DNA of 59,510 bases from Rhynchobatus australiae (taxonomy: Eukaryota): positions 52,933,880-52,993,389 of the forward strand of contig JAUZTB010000001.1 in assembly GCA_034780895.1 (NCBI GenBank), read 5' to 3'. Position numbers and translations under genes: made by a program. How positions within the stretch are numbered: the stretch's first letter is position 1; every line of letters begins with the position of its first letter. Below the pieces are notes generated by a model, which made no database searches, was not told the DNA's origin, and worked only from the letters and a program-made list of their open reading frames with translations. Positions 24,857-37,046 of the stretch are shown piece after piece.

Positions 24857-25989
24857 NNNNNNNNNNNNNNNNNNNNNNNNNNNNNNNNNNNNNNNNNNNN
24901 NNNNNNNNNNNNNNNNNNNNNNNNNNNNNNNNNNNNNNNNNNNNNNNNNNNNNNNNATAAAATAGCACATGATGTGAATTTTGAGGCTGTTTTTCAAACT
25001 GTGAAACTAATAACTGTCGTGCCAAACGGATTCAACAGATTGTCGAACGGAAGTTGAACGGAAACAATCAGTTTTGTAGTGAGTTGATGTGGAAATCTGT
25101 GGAAAGAAATCGCTGCCTCTGAATGAAACCGCAAGCCGTGGACCTTTGAATGTATACTAAGAATTTCCCTATTACACAGAAGCAGGATATTGGAATGATC
25201 AACGACCGGTTGTCCAAACAGGACACAGAAAATCCTTTATTCTCAGAGGAACATCTATCTGTTTGCTATGTCAAACGTAACAGCCCCATAGGTACACATA
25301 TGGTTTACTGCCTTAGACAATCTGAAGGCTGTTTTTAAAGAAAAAAGTTCATCAATATAAAGTAGCCCAGATATGTTAAAGAAAATGTCAAAAACTAATG
25401 GAACAGTTCAGTATTAGGAAATGTTTATTTGGCTCATTATCCAATGAAACAACATTATATATTGGCAAACAAAAATAGCGTGGATAATAACCATAACTCT
25501 CTATAAGCAAAAAAAGTTCAGTGCAGAAACACTGCTAAAAAGTACGAACATTGATGCAATCTCTGCAGTTAATGTACAATCGCACAGGTCACAGTTAAAC
25601 ATCCAATTATCAATGTACCTGTGATCTCTGCGATTAGATTTCGATATAGGCTGCATGGACAATAAAAAGAATGTGCGATAATCGCACCGTGATACAAGTG
25701 CTTTAGCAGTAAAACCCTTCCCATTCTAACATTCTACTTCTTTAAATAGGTAAATTGTGAAATAAATATTGCAGTAGATATCTGTCATGTTCCACTTTTA
25801 TTGTCGTTTATACTCCCATCTAATTAAAATGAACTTCATTTCAAGCACAACTCTATTGTACCACGAGCAAAATGATTGCATTAATCTAGTGCCGTGGTGA
25901 AGTGAATGAGACAGACAGAGCCTCCAGTTTCATTTTTTTAAAAATCTAACTGTAATTCATTTCTATCTACCCCGCTTACCGTCTTCTCG

Positions 25990-26080
25990 TATTTTCTGTA
26001 CAGACCAACCCTAGAAGCGCCTTGAGGGATCCTGGGGCCGTAAAGGCACTATGTAAATGCAAGGCCTTTCTTCATTCTTT
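25990..26080 (+). mobile_element. DeuSINE/L2-type 3' tail fragment
   Basis: 'aagcgccttgagggatcctggggccgtaaaggcactatgtaaatgcaagg' resembles the L2-derived tail (aagcgctttggga...aaaggcgctatataaatgcaag). Confidence 0.5.
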
Positions 26081-29000
26081 GATATTTGGTCGTTTATGCA
26101 GAAACTAATTCTGTAGGGTAATTGCAATTAGCATTTTGCACAAAATGGGATAGGCATTTATATTTTCTTTTACTATTGTGCACTTATACCAAACTATTTC
26201 CAAAAGGGTGTTACTGAATACATCAGTATAACTGAATCTTTCTCATTAGGCAGAAAAGCCTGCGATATTACTGGTAACGTTGCAACAGCAATCACTAGTT
26301 TGCCAGTTTACCAGCTTATCAGATAAGCGTCAATGATATCCTGGTGACGCGAACGATCTGAACTTCTAGATATCAATCGACAATTTAATGAATTTAAGCG
26401 GCCTGCAGCTATCTGCACCGGTGCACTGACTCTCATGCTGAGATGTTTTTGACATATTTGGAAACTTTTAAAATGACTAGCCATTGTTGTACGTAATTAA
26501 TGCACTCAGAAAATCATACTGATTTATTTTCAATAACAAAAAAATGTCTAACTAAATGTTATATTTAAACATAACAACCCAAAAGTGATGTTCACAGCAC
26601 GTTAATCTCGGCCATAAAATGACACAAACTCCCTCAACGTCGGTTTCCTGATTTATGGGTTTAACTTTGCTTCATATTATCTAAATCTAACTAGCAATCT
26701 CTCAGGTGTTTGATTTACATTTGATAATTGATACACAAATTGATTACAATTCACTTATTATAACAGTAAAAAACAATAATTAAATGACATTTGCATATTG
26801 GTTCAGCCAAAAAAAATTAGTTCGGATATTGTCGGCAATTTCACACACGTTGTTCCGTATTAATTAAAATCATCAGAACTATATGTATGACATAAAACAG
26901 CTGTAGATCCCAATAGATATTTTAAACCCATTTGTCTCAACATTCTCCACTTCAAAACAAATTGCTTCGCTAAGCTACCTAAATATGATTTAACCCTCTT
27001 AACTTTTGTGCACAATTTAAATTTTCAAATTATGCATGCATTTTATTTTGCAGACAGCTTCTTCGGTATTGAACGTCGAAGGCAGAAAGAAAAAATATAA
27101 TAGTTCACTTGGGAAACACTGAATATACTGTTTTGAGATGAAATGAAATTAACCACGACTAATATTTGGGTAAAACTGTAAAATAACGTTTTTTTAAAAA
27201 GATTTCAGGTATGCATTCCTATCCTGGTCTTAATATGCACTTATAAGTACAAACTGAAATTTCTGTTCCTGAAAATGTTTTATCCATGGTCAAAGCGTGC
27301 AGGAAATGAAACCCGAACTCTTCTACTAATTGCAGAAAGACATATTGTTCCTGTACTATCGCTGTACTTTTGTTAGGCTTCTTATTACACCTTGATGATG
27401 TAGATATGTTCTAGCAATAATGTATATGTAAAGTTCCCATCTCAATTATAGACAATTTAATAATTCCTGAAACTGAAACGTATCGCTCTACCTTGATGTA
27501 TTCAGTGATTGTCAAAAGAGGCCAGTATATCAGGAAGTTAACAATACTGACTGACCACCTGTTTAGTTAGAGACTATCTCAATGAAATACATTTCCTCAA
27601 TAATTGTGTAGGTAGGGTCATTAACTGGTAGTAGATGTTTTTATATTCCACTCAATGCATTAGGTAATCTTTAATAACTGTAAATTAATTCCGGATGACT
27701 GTGAAACCCATGGAAACAAATCATACTCATTGACATGCTTGATTCATAGTCAAAAAAAATTAAATGAAATCTAAACTATATTACTGATTGCAAAATGACA
27801 GATTATTCCTCCATTATCTTTGTACTTGTTCAGCTTCAGGTAACACTTTGATTTAATTAGGTCTGTTAGTAAATAGTAAGCTAATAACCATATTGTAGAT
27901 ATTTTAACAACATTTAAAACTGAAACTTGTTGCTCAATCTTGATGTAATTATTGATATTGAAAAACAGGATGAGTATATTCAGAAGACAGCAATACTGAC
28001 TAACTATTTCGTTTAGTTAGGGATTGTTCACAATGAGATATTTTTGGTTGAAGAAAGAACATAAAAAATTGGCTAAGAAGTGGTACTGTATTACTTGGCA
28101 TTCCAGACAATACACTTGGTATGCTTTGATAAATGAAAATAAGAGTGAGTGAGTGTGTTGAGTGAATGGGGCGGGGGGNNNNNNNNNNNNNNNNNNNNNN
28201 NNNNNNNNNNNNNNNNNNNNNNNNNNNNNNNNNNNNNNNNNNNNNNNNNNNNNNNNNNNNNNNNNNNNNNNNNNNNNNNNNNNNNNNNNNNNNNNNNNNN
28301 NNNNNNNNNNNNNNNNNNNNNNNNNNNNNNNNNNNNNNNNNNNNNNNNNNNNNNNNNNNNNNNNNNNNNNNNNNNNNNNNNNNNNNNNNNNNNNNNNNNN
28401 NNNNNNNNNNNNNNNNNNNNNNNNNNNNNNNNNNNNNNNNNNNNNNNNNNNNNNNNNNNNNNNNNNNNNNNNNNNNNNNNNNNNNNNNNNNNNNNNNNNN
28501 NNNNNNNNNNNNNNNNNNNNNNNNNNNNNNNNNNNNNNNNNNNNNNNNNNNNNNNNNNNNNNNNNNNNNNNNNNNNNNNNNNNNNNNNNNNNNNNNNNNN
28601 NNNNNNNNNNNNNNNNNNNNNNNNNNNNNNNNNNNNNNNNNNNNNNNNNNNNNNNNNNNNNNNNNNNNNNNNNNNNNNNNNNNNNNNNNNNNNNNNNNNN
28701 NNNNNNNNNNNNNNNNNNNNNNNNNNNNNNNNNNNNNNNNNNNNNNNNNNNNNNNNNNNNNNNNNNNNNNNNNNNNNNNNNNNNNNNNNNNNNNNNNNNN
28801 NNNNNNNNNNNNNNNNNNNNNNNNNNNNNNNNNNNNNNNNNNNNNNNNNNNNNNNNNNNNNNNNNNNNNNNNNNNNNNNNNNNNNNNNNNNNNNNNNNNN
28901 NNNNNNNNNNNNNNNNNNNNNNNNNNNNNNNNNNNNNNNNNNNNNNNNNNNNNNNNNNNNNNNNNNNNNNNNNNNNNNNNNNNNNNNNNNNNNNNNNNNN

Positions 29001-32000
29001 NNNNNNNNNNNNNNNNNNNNNNNNNNNNNNNNNNNNNNNNNNNNNNNNNNNNNACCAAAATAATAACTTGCTGATAGGAAGTTTTTTTTTGTCGGAGGAG
29101 GGGCGGTGGGGGGGTGGGTGGAGTGGATTTTCATTCAACAAATCACCGAAGACGTTATTAGCAGATTCGCCACTTAACATTATTCTAACCTGTGTCCTGA
29201 TTCAAAATGTAGATTCTCCCCGCCCCCAACCCAAGACGAGGTAGCCTGCCACTTGAAAACAGTCAAATTAAACAAAGCACCTTTCTAAACTATTAATCAA
29301 AATGCGCCAACTTTCTAGTGTTGCATTGTCTTGCGTTTCTTGCTATTTGATTCTTTTATGATTTAAAAAAAACAAATTACAAACGATACATTTAAACGCT
29401 ATTCATTGTTTGCTGTACTGACCCACTGTCCCTATAATCCTACGGATTATGATATCAATATTAAACGCTCAATACCACAATGGATAGAAATATTGCGAAT
29501 GGAAAACTGAAAGTGAATCCTTTGCTGTAAATCACTTGAACCGATATTGTTATCAGTAAATCGGAATCAATAACTTGGGAAGATTATCAAGCATATGAAT
29601 AACTGAACATTTCTTTTGAAAACCAAGCAACGCAAAAGACAGGGTTAAATGAAGCAAATAACAATTTTTTTTTAGAATAGATGAAGGAAATGTACAGTCT
29701 ACCACTTGCATATGAACTATACCAAAGGAATATGAGGTTGGTCAAGCTGGTTCTACTTCTAAATTTTTCCAAGTTCTAGTGAAAAGTCATCGATCTGAAA
29801 CATGAACTCATATTTTCTCCACGGTTACGGCCCGATCTGCTGCTTATTTCCAGTTTTTTCTACTTTAAAAGAATAGGATCAGAAAACATAAATTATTCAT
29901 TGTATCTATAAGGTAACATTATATATATTAATATCAGGGTATTGATTTATTATGTTTTTACCACCGATCAAATTTCCCTTTCTCTTTCTAACATACTATA
30001 GGTTGACAAGCTCATTTGTTATTTCTGAACATTTGGAGACTTTCAGAAAGGGAACTTGTATTAAATGGCATTTGTTGCAACTCATTGGTAATCTGCATGC
30101 TGTATTGGACAAACTCTTATCATAATTCAAATAAAGTGTATTTTTAGCCCCAAGGCAAAATGCCGCCATCTCCATAATTTAACTATGTATGGCACGTAAG
30201 CATACCTTTAATCACAGGTGTTGCAAGAGTAATTTGCTAGCTCTTTAATTTAAGGGGCTTATATGTCATTCGGACCATTTCGCCACACGCTGTGACAGAA
30301 TATGGTTTCAAGAGCTATCCTTTATATTTGTAGTCATTTCCCAGCTGGTAAATCCCAGCAACTTAATATCAGAGCTTGATTTAGTTAAATAGCAATGAAA
30401 AGCCAGAGCTTTCTTTTCTATAGCTTCACCCAAACAATGAAGTCGGCATCATTACAAGGAAGGATAGAACAAGGGGTCAGATATAGAATATCAGGATAAG
30501 ATTAATACCCGAACTCCAACACAGCTACTAAGCTAATCATGGTCCCACTAAAATCAAATCAAATAGTTATATACCGTTGTAAATATGCTGGTATCATTGA
30601 ATAAATATAACCATTCACATATAAAAGACTATAGAGCTATTTATCATACATGTAACTACTTTACTACCGCTTTTCAGAAAATGGTTTTGTTGATTTTGAA
30701 TATTTCCCGGAAGCTCTGCATAAATTATTTTCGCATTTCGCACATAGGTTCGGGATTCTTTTCTCCTTTTTTGTTAAAAGAATATATACTTTCCAATCTG
30801 TTATTTTCAAGAAACCTATTTTATTGTCTTACGTTTAAAAGTCTGATTGTGTTGCAGGCAACCTTCATCAGGTCTGTGTAGAAATGTTCCACGCTGGATN
30901 NNNNNNNNNNNNNNNNNNNNNNNNNNNNNNNNNNNNNNNNNNNNNNNNNNNNNNNNNNNNNNNNNNNNNNNNNNNNNNNNNNNNNNNNNNNNNNNNNNNC
31001 CGATCTAGGTCTGTGTAGAAATGTTCCACGCTGGATATCTTTGCAAAATAAAAATGCAATGACATTCACTCCAACAAATTCATTTTAGATCAAATTATAA
31101 TGTTTATAATATCAAAAGTTGAAATTCAGGCAGACAATAATGAATGGCACATAATTAGCCTTTCCCCAACAGTGGATAAAATGGCAGTACATTTGGCCGG
31201 TCGCCAACAAGAAATAAATATAAATCAGGAAACGCCGCCATATAAACTCTGACTTCCCTAAAGTAGCGATTAAATCCCGGTAGCCTCCACTCACGCATGA
31301 TTCACTGTTGCAATTGCAAATACGTGTTCACATTAACGAATTGGTTATTCAAACATTGAAATTAAAATACTCGGAACTTCAAATCTCTGGTGTTAGAAAA
31401 AATGTAGAATGTATAAACTCTGTAGCTATTCCACAATAATGATTTTCTTGCTTCATGTTGAAATATCACTTTAATCATAAGTGATTTCCCTTAAAAACGG
31501 AATGTCGAAGTCAGCATTTGTTTGGCATACGATTCACTGGGTGTTTGTGTATAAAGGATGGTGTTCTCATTCCTTGTCAAGCTGTCAAAAGTGTCACAAT
31601 ACAGCTTCCTCTGGTTGTGTTCTATTTTAATTTCGGGGTCAAGTCAGGATAGCGTTATCAGTTACTCTTTAACTACGAATCTTTGCGATCTAAGTGCATC
31701 CAAAGCATACTCCGGAGAAAGTAGCGATGATAGTGAAGCAATTTTTTTAAGGCTTTGTTTAGCACCGTTGGTAATAGCTGGAGTTTCGCGTATCATTTCT
31801 ATGTGCATAATAAATAGGATGCATTCAAAAGAAGATAAAGCGTAGAATTATCGCTCTTCACTGCGCTGGCAACAATTCTTCCGACATGGTATTTTTGACA
31901 AGATAACAAAAGCGCGTGGGATGTGCTGTGATGAACTAAGAGCCCAATTTATACAGGGAAATTATTATGTTGTATTTTGGAAGCCACTTACCAAAGTGTC

Positions 32001-33789
32001 CAGTTTCTCACAATGTCGCCGAATTCAGCGGCATGGCTGATGAGTACCAGTATCTTCACAGCACGCAGCTACTAGATGCTCCACAGCAGAAAGCACCAAG
32101 TCAGCTCCGTAGCTGGGGGAGCCAATGTGAGATTCCTGTTTCTTTTTGCATTAACTCAACACATGCGGAAATGTGTTTACTGCAATAGATTTAGTCTAAT
32201 TTCCAACAATGTTATTTTCAAGAAAATAAATCACTAGTGGACTCGTGGTCAGCGGAAGTTTTCGCTTTATGTTGCGTTGGGGGGGGGGGGGGGNNNNNNN
32301 NNNNNNNNNNNNNNNNNNNNNNNNNNNNNNNNNNNNNNNNNNNNNNNNNNNNNNNNNNNNNNNNNNNNNNNNNNNNNNNNNNNNNNNNNNNNNNNNNNNN
32401 NNNNNNNNNNNNNNNNNNNNNNNNNNNNNNNNNNNNNNNNNNNNNNNNNNNNNNNNNNNNNNNNNNNNNNNNNNNNNNNNNNNNNNNNNNNNNNNNNNNN
32501 NNNNNNNNNNNNNNNNNNNNNNNNNNNNNNNNNNNNNNNNNNNNNNNNNNNNNNNNNNNNNNNNNNNNNNNNNNNNNNNNNNNNNNNNNNNNNNNNNNNN
32601 NNNNNNNNNNNNNNNNNNNNNNNNNNNNNNNNNNNNNNNNNNNNNNNNNNNNNNNNNNNNNNNNNNNAAATAGGATAAATAGATTTGGGGAAAACGTTTG
32701 CTTCCAAATTGTTACGGTTGGCAATTATCAATCGGCTATATGAGATTTTCAACGTATAGATGGCCATTCGTTCAAACTGGTTGTTTTGAAGTCAGGTATT
32801 AGTCTTTCTATGGGATTGGGATACCCATCCTTACATAATATTAGGCTGATAAAGAGAAACCCTCACGAGTAGTTCCAGATCAACGGGGAAAATAGATAAT
32901 TCATTGGACTTCTTCTAACAGCACGATTTATTATCGAGCTAATGCTGATAATGTACGATTTGGGGGAAGTGCTGCTCCTAATGTTAACGTGCTTCCAGAG
33001 TACATTGAAGCTAATGCACGCAGCGGATGTGGAGTTGTGTTTAATATTTCCTAATTTACCCCTTGACCGGGTTAACAAAAAAAATCCTCATTGGTCAAAG
33101 AACAGAGATATATAGATGTGGAGGTCGTCGGAATTTGAAAATGTTCTAAGTAGACATAACAGCATCTCTCCAGAAAATTATAACGAGTGGGCTTCAATCT
33201 GGGTTGCTAAATGAAAGTAAGAAAAATGTCTCCTCTGTTCCAACCTAACGCCTTATAAACAACGTTTTGGAAAATACGCTTCAGAAGCATAAATAAAATT
33301 AACGGTGTTCTCGGTCCGGAAAGAAAATGCGCTGCCGCTCGCCCCTCCACACCATTCCGATAAGACCGCATGTTAAAATTGGACAAAGGCAATGGTTTTA
33401 CCATCTGCCTTTCGCGTATTTCATGTTAAGCAATCATCGCTAATGAACACCAGAAATGTGGAGATTGTTGCTCTTTATATAAATCGCACCTACTAGATAT
33501 TAACCATGGATGAAGAAAAGTAAGAAAAAAAACAGAACGTAGTTGGTCTCAGATGGTCTCGCAAATAGATGGTGACAAATATTGATCAGTACTAAAGAGC
33601 TACGATAGCCCAGGCAGTTTGCGGAAGGCATAATCACTTTTTCTCCAATCAGGTTTTAGCCTTGCCAGGGAGCCAAGAGAGCCCGACGCCAAGCCACAAT
33701 GACATTCTCTGTGACGGTGACCTCTTTTATATTATCCATCAATGTGGGAATGTCCTTTCATTCTACTGTGTGCTGAGGTAATTTCAGCA

Positions 33790-34400
33790 ACTCATGCTCT
33801 CAGGCCACTTCTATAGTATCCGTCGGATCTATCCTTGGCCTCCTCTTCTACATCTACATATTGCACCTTGGTGACTATCCACAGACCTTGGGACGGCCTC
33901 TCAATGACATTCAAACTTTGCCTCTTCGCCATCACTCTCTATTGCTCCGCTGCCTTTATATTGTCAGACAACTCATTTGATATTCGGTCACGGATTAGCT
34001 GAGATTTCCTCCAGTTAAACACTGCAAAGACAAGAACCAGCATCTGGCCCCACAGCAAGCACTGTACTCTTGCCACCTATTTAAAATTAACCCCCCTTCA
34101 CACCCCCTCAGTCTGATTATTGCCTAAGGTAGAAACTGACTCACATCTTATTTTACCCCGAACTGCTGATCCACAAAGATCTCCGATCACTACTTTTGTA
34201 ACATTATCCACCTTCACCCCGGTAGTGGCGCAGCTGTCACTGAACCCTATGCTAGTATGTAAAATTCCAGACTCCTATCCTTTATCCTTTAAAATAAATC
34301 GATTAATCAACCACCAGTGCCTGTCTTAAATTCTGCACCAGATCCTGTTCTCTTGTCATCCTAACTTCACCAAGTAAGTCCTGGTGCCCGGTGACTTAAT
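33790..34400 (+). mobile_element. L2 LINE RT remnant
   Basis: 'ggatctatccttggcctcctcttctacatctacatattg' encodes GSILGxLxFxIY of the L2 RT; very degenerate. Confidence 0.55.
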
Positions 34401-34545
34401 TCAAAGTTAGCTATTTAATATTTAATTGGGGATAAAAGGCTTCTTCTCAACAAAATTCATAACCTGATTCTGGATTCTTTGCCACACAATAGACTACAGG
34501 GGCCTCCAGACCCTCACTATCCTGAATCCTCTTTCTTTCTTGGCG

Positions 34546-35050
34546 TCATAGAGGCATAGTCATACGGCATGGAAACTGGCCCTTTAGCCCAACTGTCCAT
34601 GCCAACCAAGATTCTAAGCTTGTCCCATTTGTCTGCACTTGGCCCATATCCCTCCAAACCTTTCCTATCCATGTACCTGTCCAAGTACCTTTGAAATGTT
34701 GTTAATGCACTTGCCTCAACCACTTGCTCTGGCAGCTCATTCCATGTACTGACCACTCTCTGGGTGAAAAAGCTGCCCTCAGGTTCCTATTAAATCTCTC
34801 CCCTCTCACCTTAAAACTATGCCCTCCGGTTCTTGATTCCCCAACCTTGGGAAAAGGACTGTGCACATTCACCCTATCTATGTCCCTCATAATTTATACA
34901 CCTCATTAAGACCACCCTTATTCTCCTACACTCCAATGAAAAAGAGTTTCAACCTACTTAACCTCTCTCCATAACTCAGTCCGACAAGTCCTGGCAACAT
35001 CCTTGTAAATCTCTGCACTCTTTCCAGCTTAATGGCATCTTTCCTGTAGC
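34546..35050 (-). mobile_element. CR1 LINE 3' end (relatively young)
   Basis: ORFs 'IDRVNVHSPFPKVGESRTGGHSFKVRGERF' and 'WNELPEQVVEASALTTFQRYLDRYM' are the CR1 ORF2 C-terminus; 3'UTR with 'gggctaaagggccagtttcc' and a ctatg-repeat tail. Confidence 0.92.
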
Positions 35051-36824
35051 ATTTTCTTCAGATATCATCCATAAAAACTTGCCCCTTTCATCTCTTTCCT
35101 AACATCCTTTATTGATTCAGCATTAATTTTGATTCAATTATATCACTGTGAACAGCATTTGAGCACTTCTCTATTGCTAAAGGTAAAATATAAATGCAAC
35201 CAGCTCTTAAGTATTCATTTTATTCCTCACTGACTATTTTTTCTCTCAACCACACAATATTTTAGGCCTGATCTAATGATGCATTGAAACTATGGTCAAC
35301 ATGATGCTGGACTGAGCCCCAGAGCTCAGCATAATATTAGTTATATCAGAATTTGCAACTTCTCTCTCCCAAACTATCAGGAAAGAGCACCATGCAATAA
35401 ACCAATTGGTTCCTTGTAGAATATTCAATGATTACAACAATAAAACAAGAACTTTAAAAAAATTATTCAGCTACTTTATCTCCTTTTGCATCCATTTATA
35501 ATCTCATTGCACAATAAATTTTAAAAGTACATCAAACACAAATATTTGAAATCATGTTCACCATATTGCACTTTATGGGATATTTAATAATTTAAAATAA
35601 AATATCCTAAAAATAATTGCTAGAATTTCTTAAAGATGTAATGGTCTGCTAGAAGAAATTTCTGAATCCCAAGAGCATCTTAGCATCGATGCCTAGGTAA
35701 CTGCAGGCAGTAATTGTTTTATTGCAACCTCAATTCCTGTGGAAACCTGAGATGGTCAAAGAGAAAAGAACTGTTGTGGTCAATGTGCTTTTTAGACTGA
35801 ACTTTCTTATATTTTCAATTAAAGTGTTGATTGGATTCTTTAAGACTTACAATGAATTGTTTGCATTGTCATTTCCAATAAATTGTAATGTGGAATTTTA
35901 TTAGTTTTAACTGTCCTGTTTCAATTTAAGAATGAGAAATAATTCTTCTAATGTTTGGACGATAGTTTTCCATGCAGATAAATATTTTATATCGATGGCT
36001 TATCAAACTCTCTGTTATTGTGTATTTCTGTACATTTTCAGTAGATTTAAAATCTATAGATGTATTTCATGAATGACTTTCTCGTGATCAAGTATTGAAA
36101 CAGTCCTGAATAACACCTTTCAAGGAAATTACAAATTTACTTCCACAGATATAAAACACTCACTTGATTTTGACAAATATCTAACCTTTTCTTGGAATGG
36201 TGTGCTGAGAAAACCAGCAACTTACATTGCAAAACATGCTCTAACACCACAGGACTCTTGACTTCTCAGTGCACTATTACTACTGTCTCTTTTTGGGATG
36301 ACTAGCTATAAGTTTTGTTTGTGGATGGTTAACACTGTTTTGTCAGATGTAATGACCTTAAGTCCAGTTTGTTTCTTGTTATTGTGGGAACCAAGTTAGC
36401 TGCTGAATATTGTAAAAAAAATCAACAGTAGATTGAACTCAGAGGCTTCTTACAAAGAAGGAACAAGCTGGATGATGTGCATTAGACCAGGTACAAAAAT
36501 AAGAAATTGGAAGTAGAATAATGACTAATATGTTCTTTCAAAAATGATGTGATGTATCATGTTGTTGATGTTATCACATGTGAGGAGCCAATACTAAAAC
36601 CTAAAGCTATTAACAATGATACTTAGGCAACTACAGGCAATAATTGCTTTATTGTACCCTCCAGCAAGTATCAGTTATTGTGCTGTTCCTGATCTAAGGA
36701 ACTGGTACTACAGAACATCAATGCAAATTTCAATACCAAATTCGTGGCCTGCCTTAACTTATGCACACACCAGAGGTGCATGTCTCCCTACTATCTGATT
36801 TATCAACCAGTGCATGAAAATCAA

Positions 36825-37046
36825 AATGAAACTGCATTTGCTGGAAACCTGAAATAAAAACAGAAAATGTTGGAAACACTCAGCAGTTCAGTCAGCACCA
36901 GTGGAAAGAGAAGTAGATTTAATGTTTCAGTAGAAGACCCTTTGTCAGTAATAATAGAGGGATTTCAATCTAAAATGTTAAATCTGCTTTTCTTTCTACT
37001 GATGTTGACTTACTGCTGAGCATTCACGGCATCTTTTGTTTTTATT
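36825..37046. repeat. Palindromic non-autonomous element (inverted Penelope-type termini)
   Basis: Arms of about 80 bp: 'aataaaaacagaaaatgttggaaacactcagcag...gtagatttaatgtttcag' and 'ctaaaatgttaaatctgc...ctgctgagcattcacggcatcttttgtttttatt'. Confidence 0.75.

Noticed and set aside
7870-31036. Identical direct repeats on either side of ~100-N gaps (7878-7917/8019-8062, 19136-19185/19296-19345, 30870-30899/31008-31037)
   Set aside because: Typical scaffolding overlap artefacts, not biological repeats or CRISPR-like arrays.
31558-31845. 95-aa ORF and its antisense frame in the CpG-retaining domain
   Set aside because: No recognisable domain; the antisense frame has internal stops.
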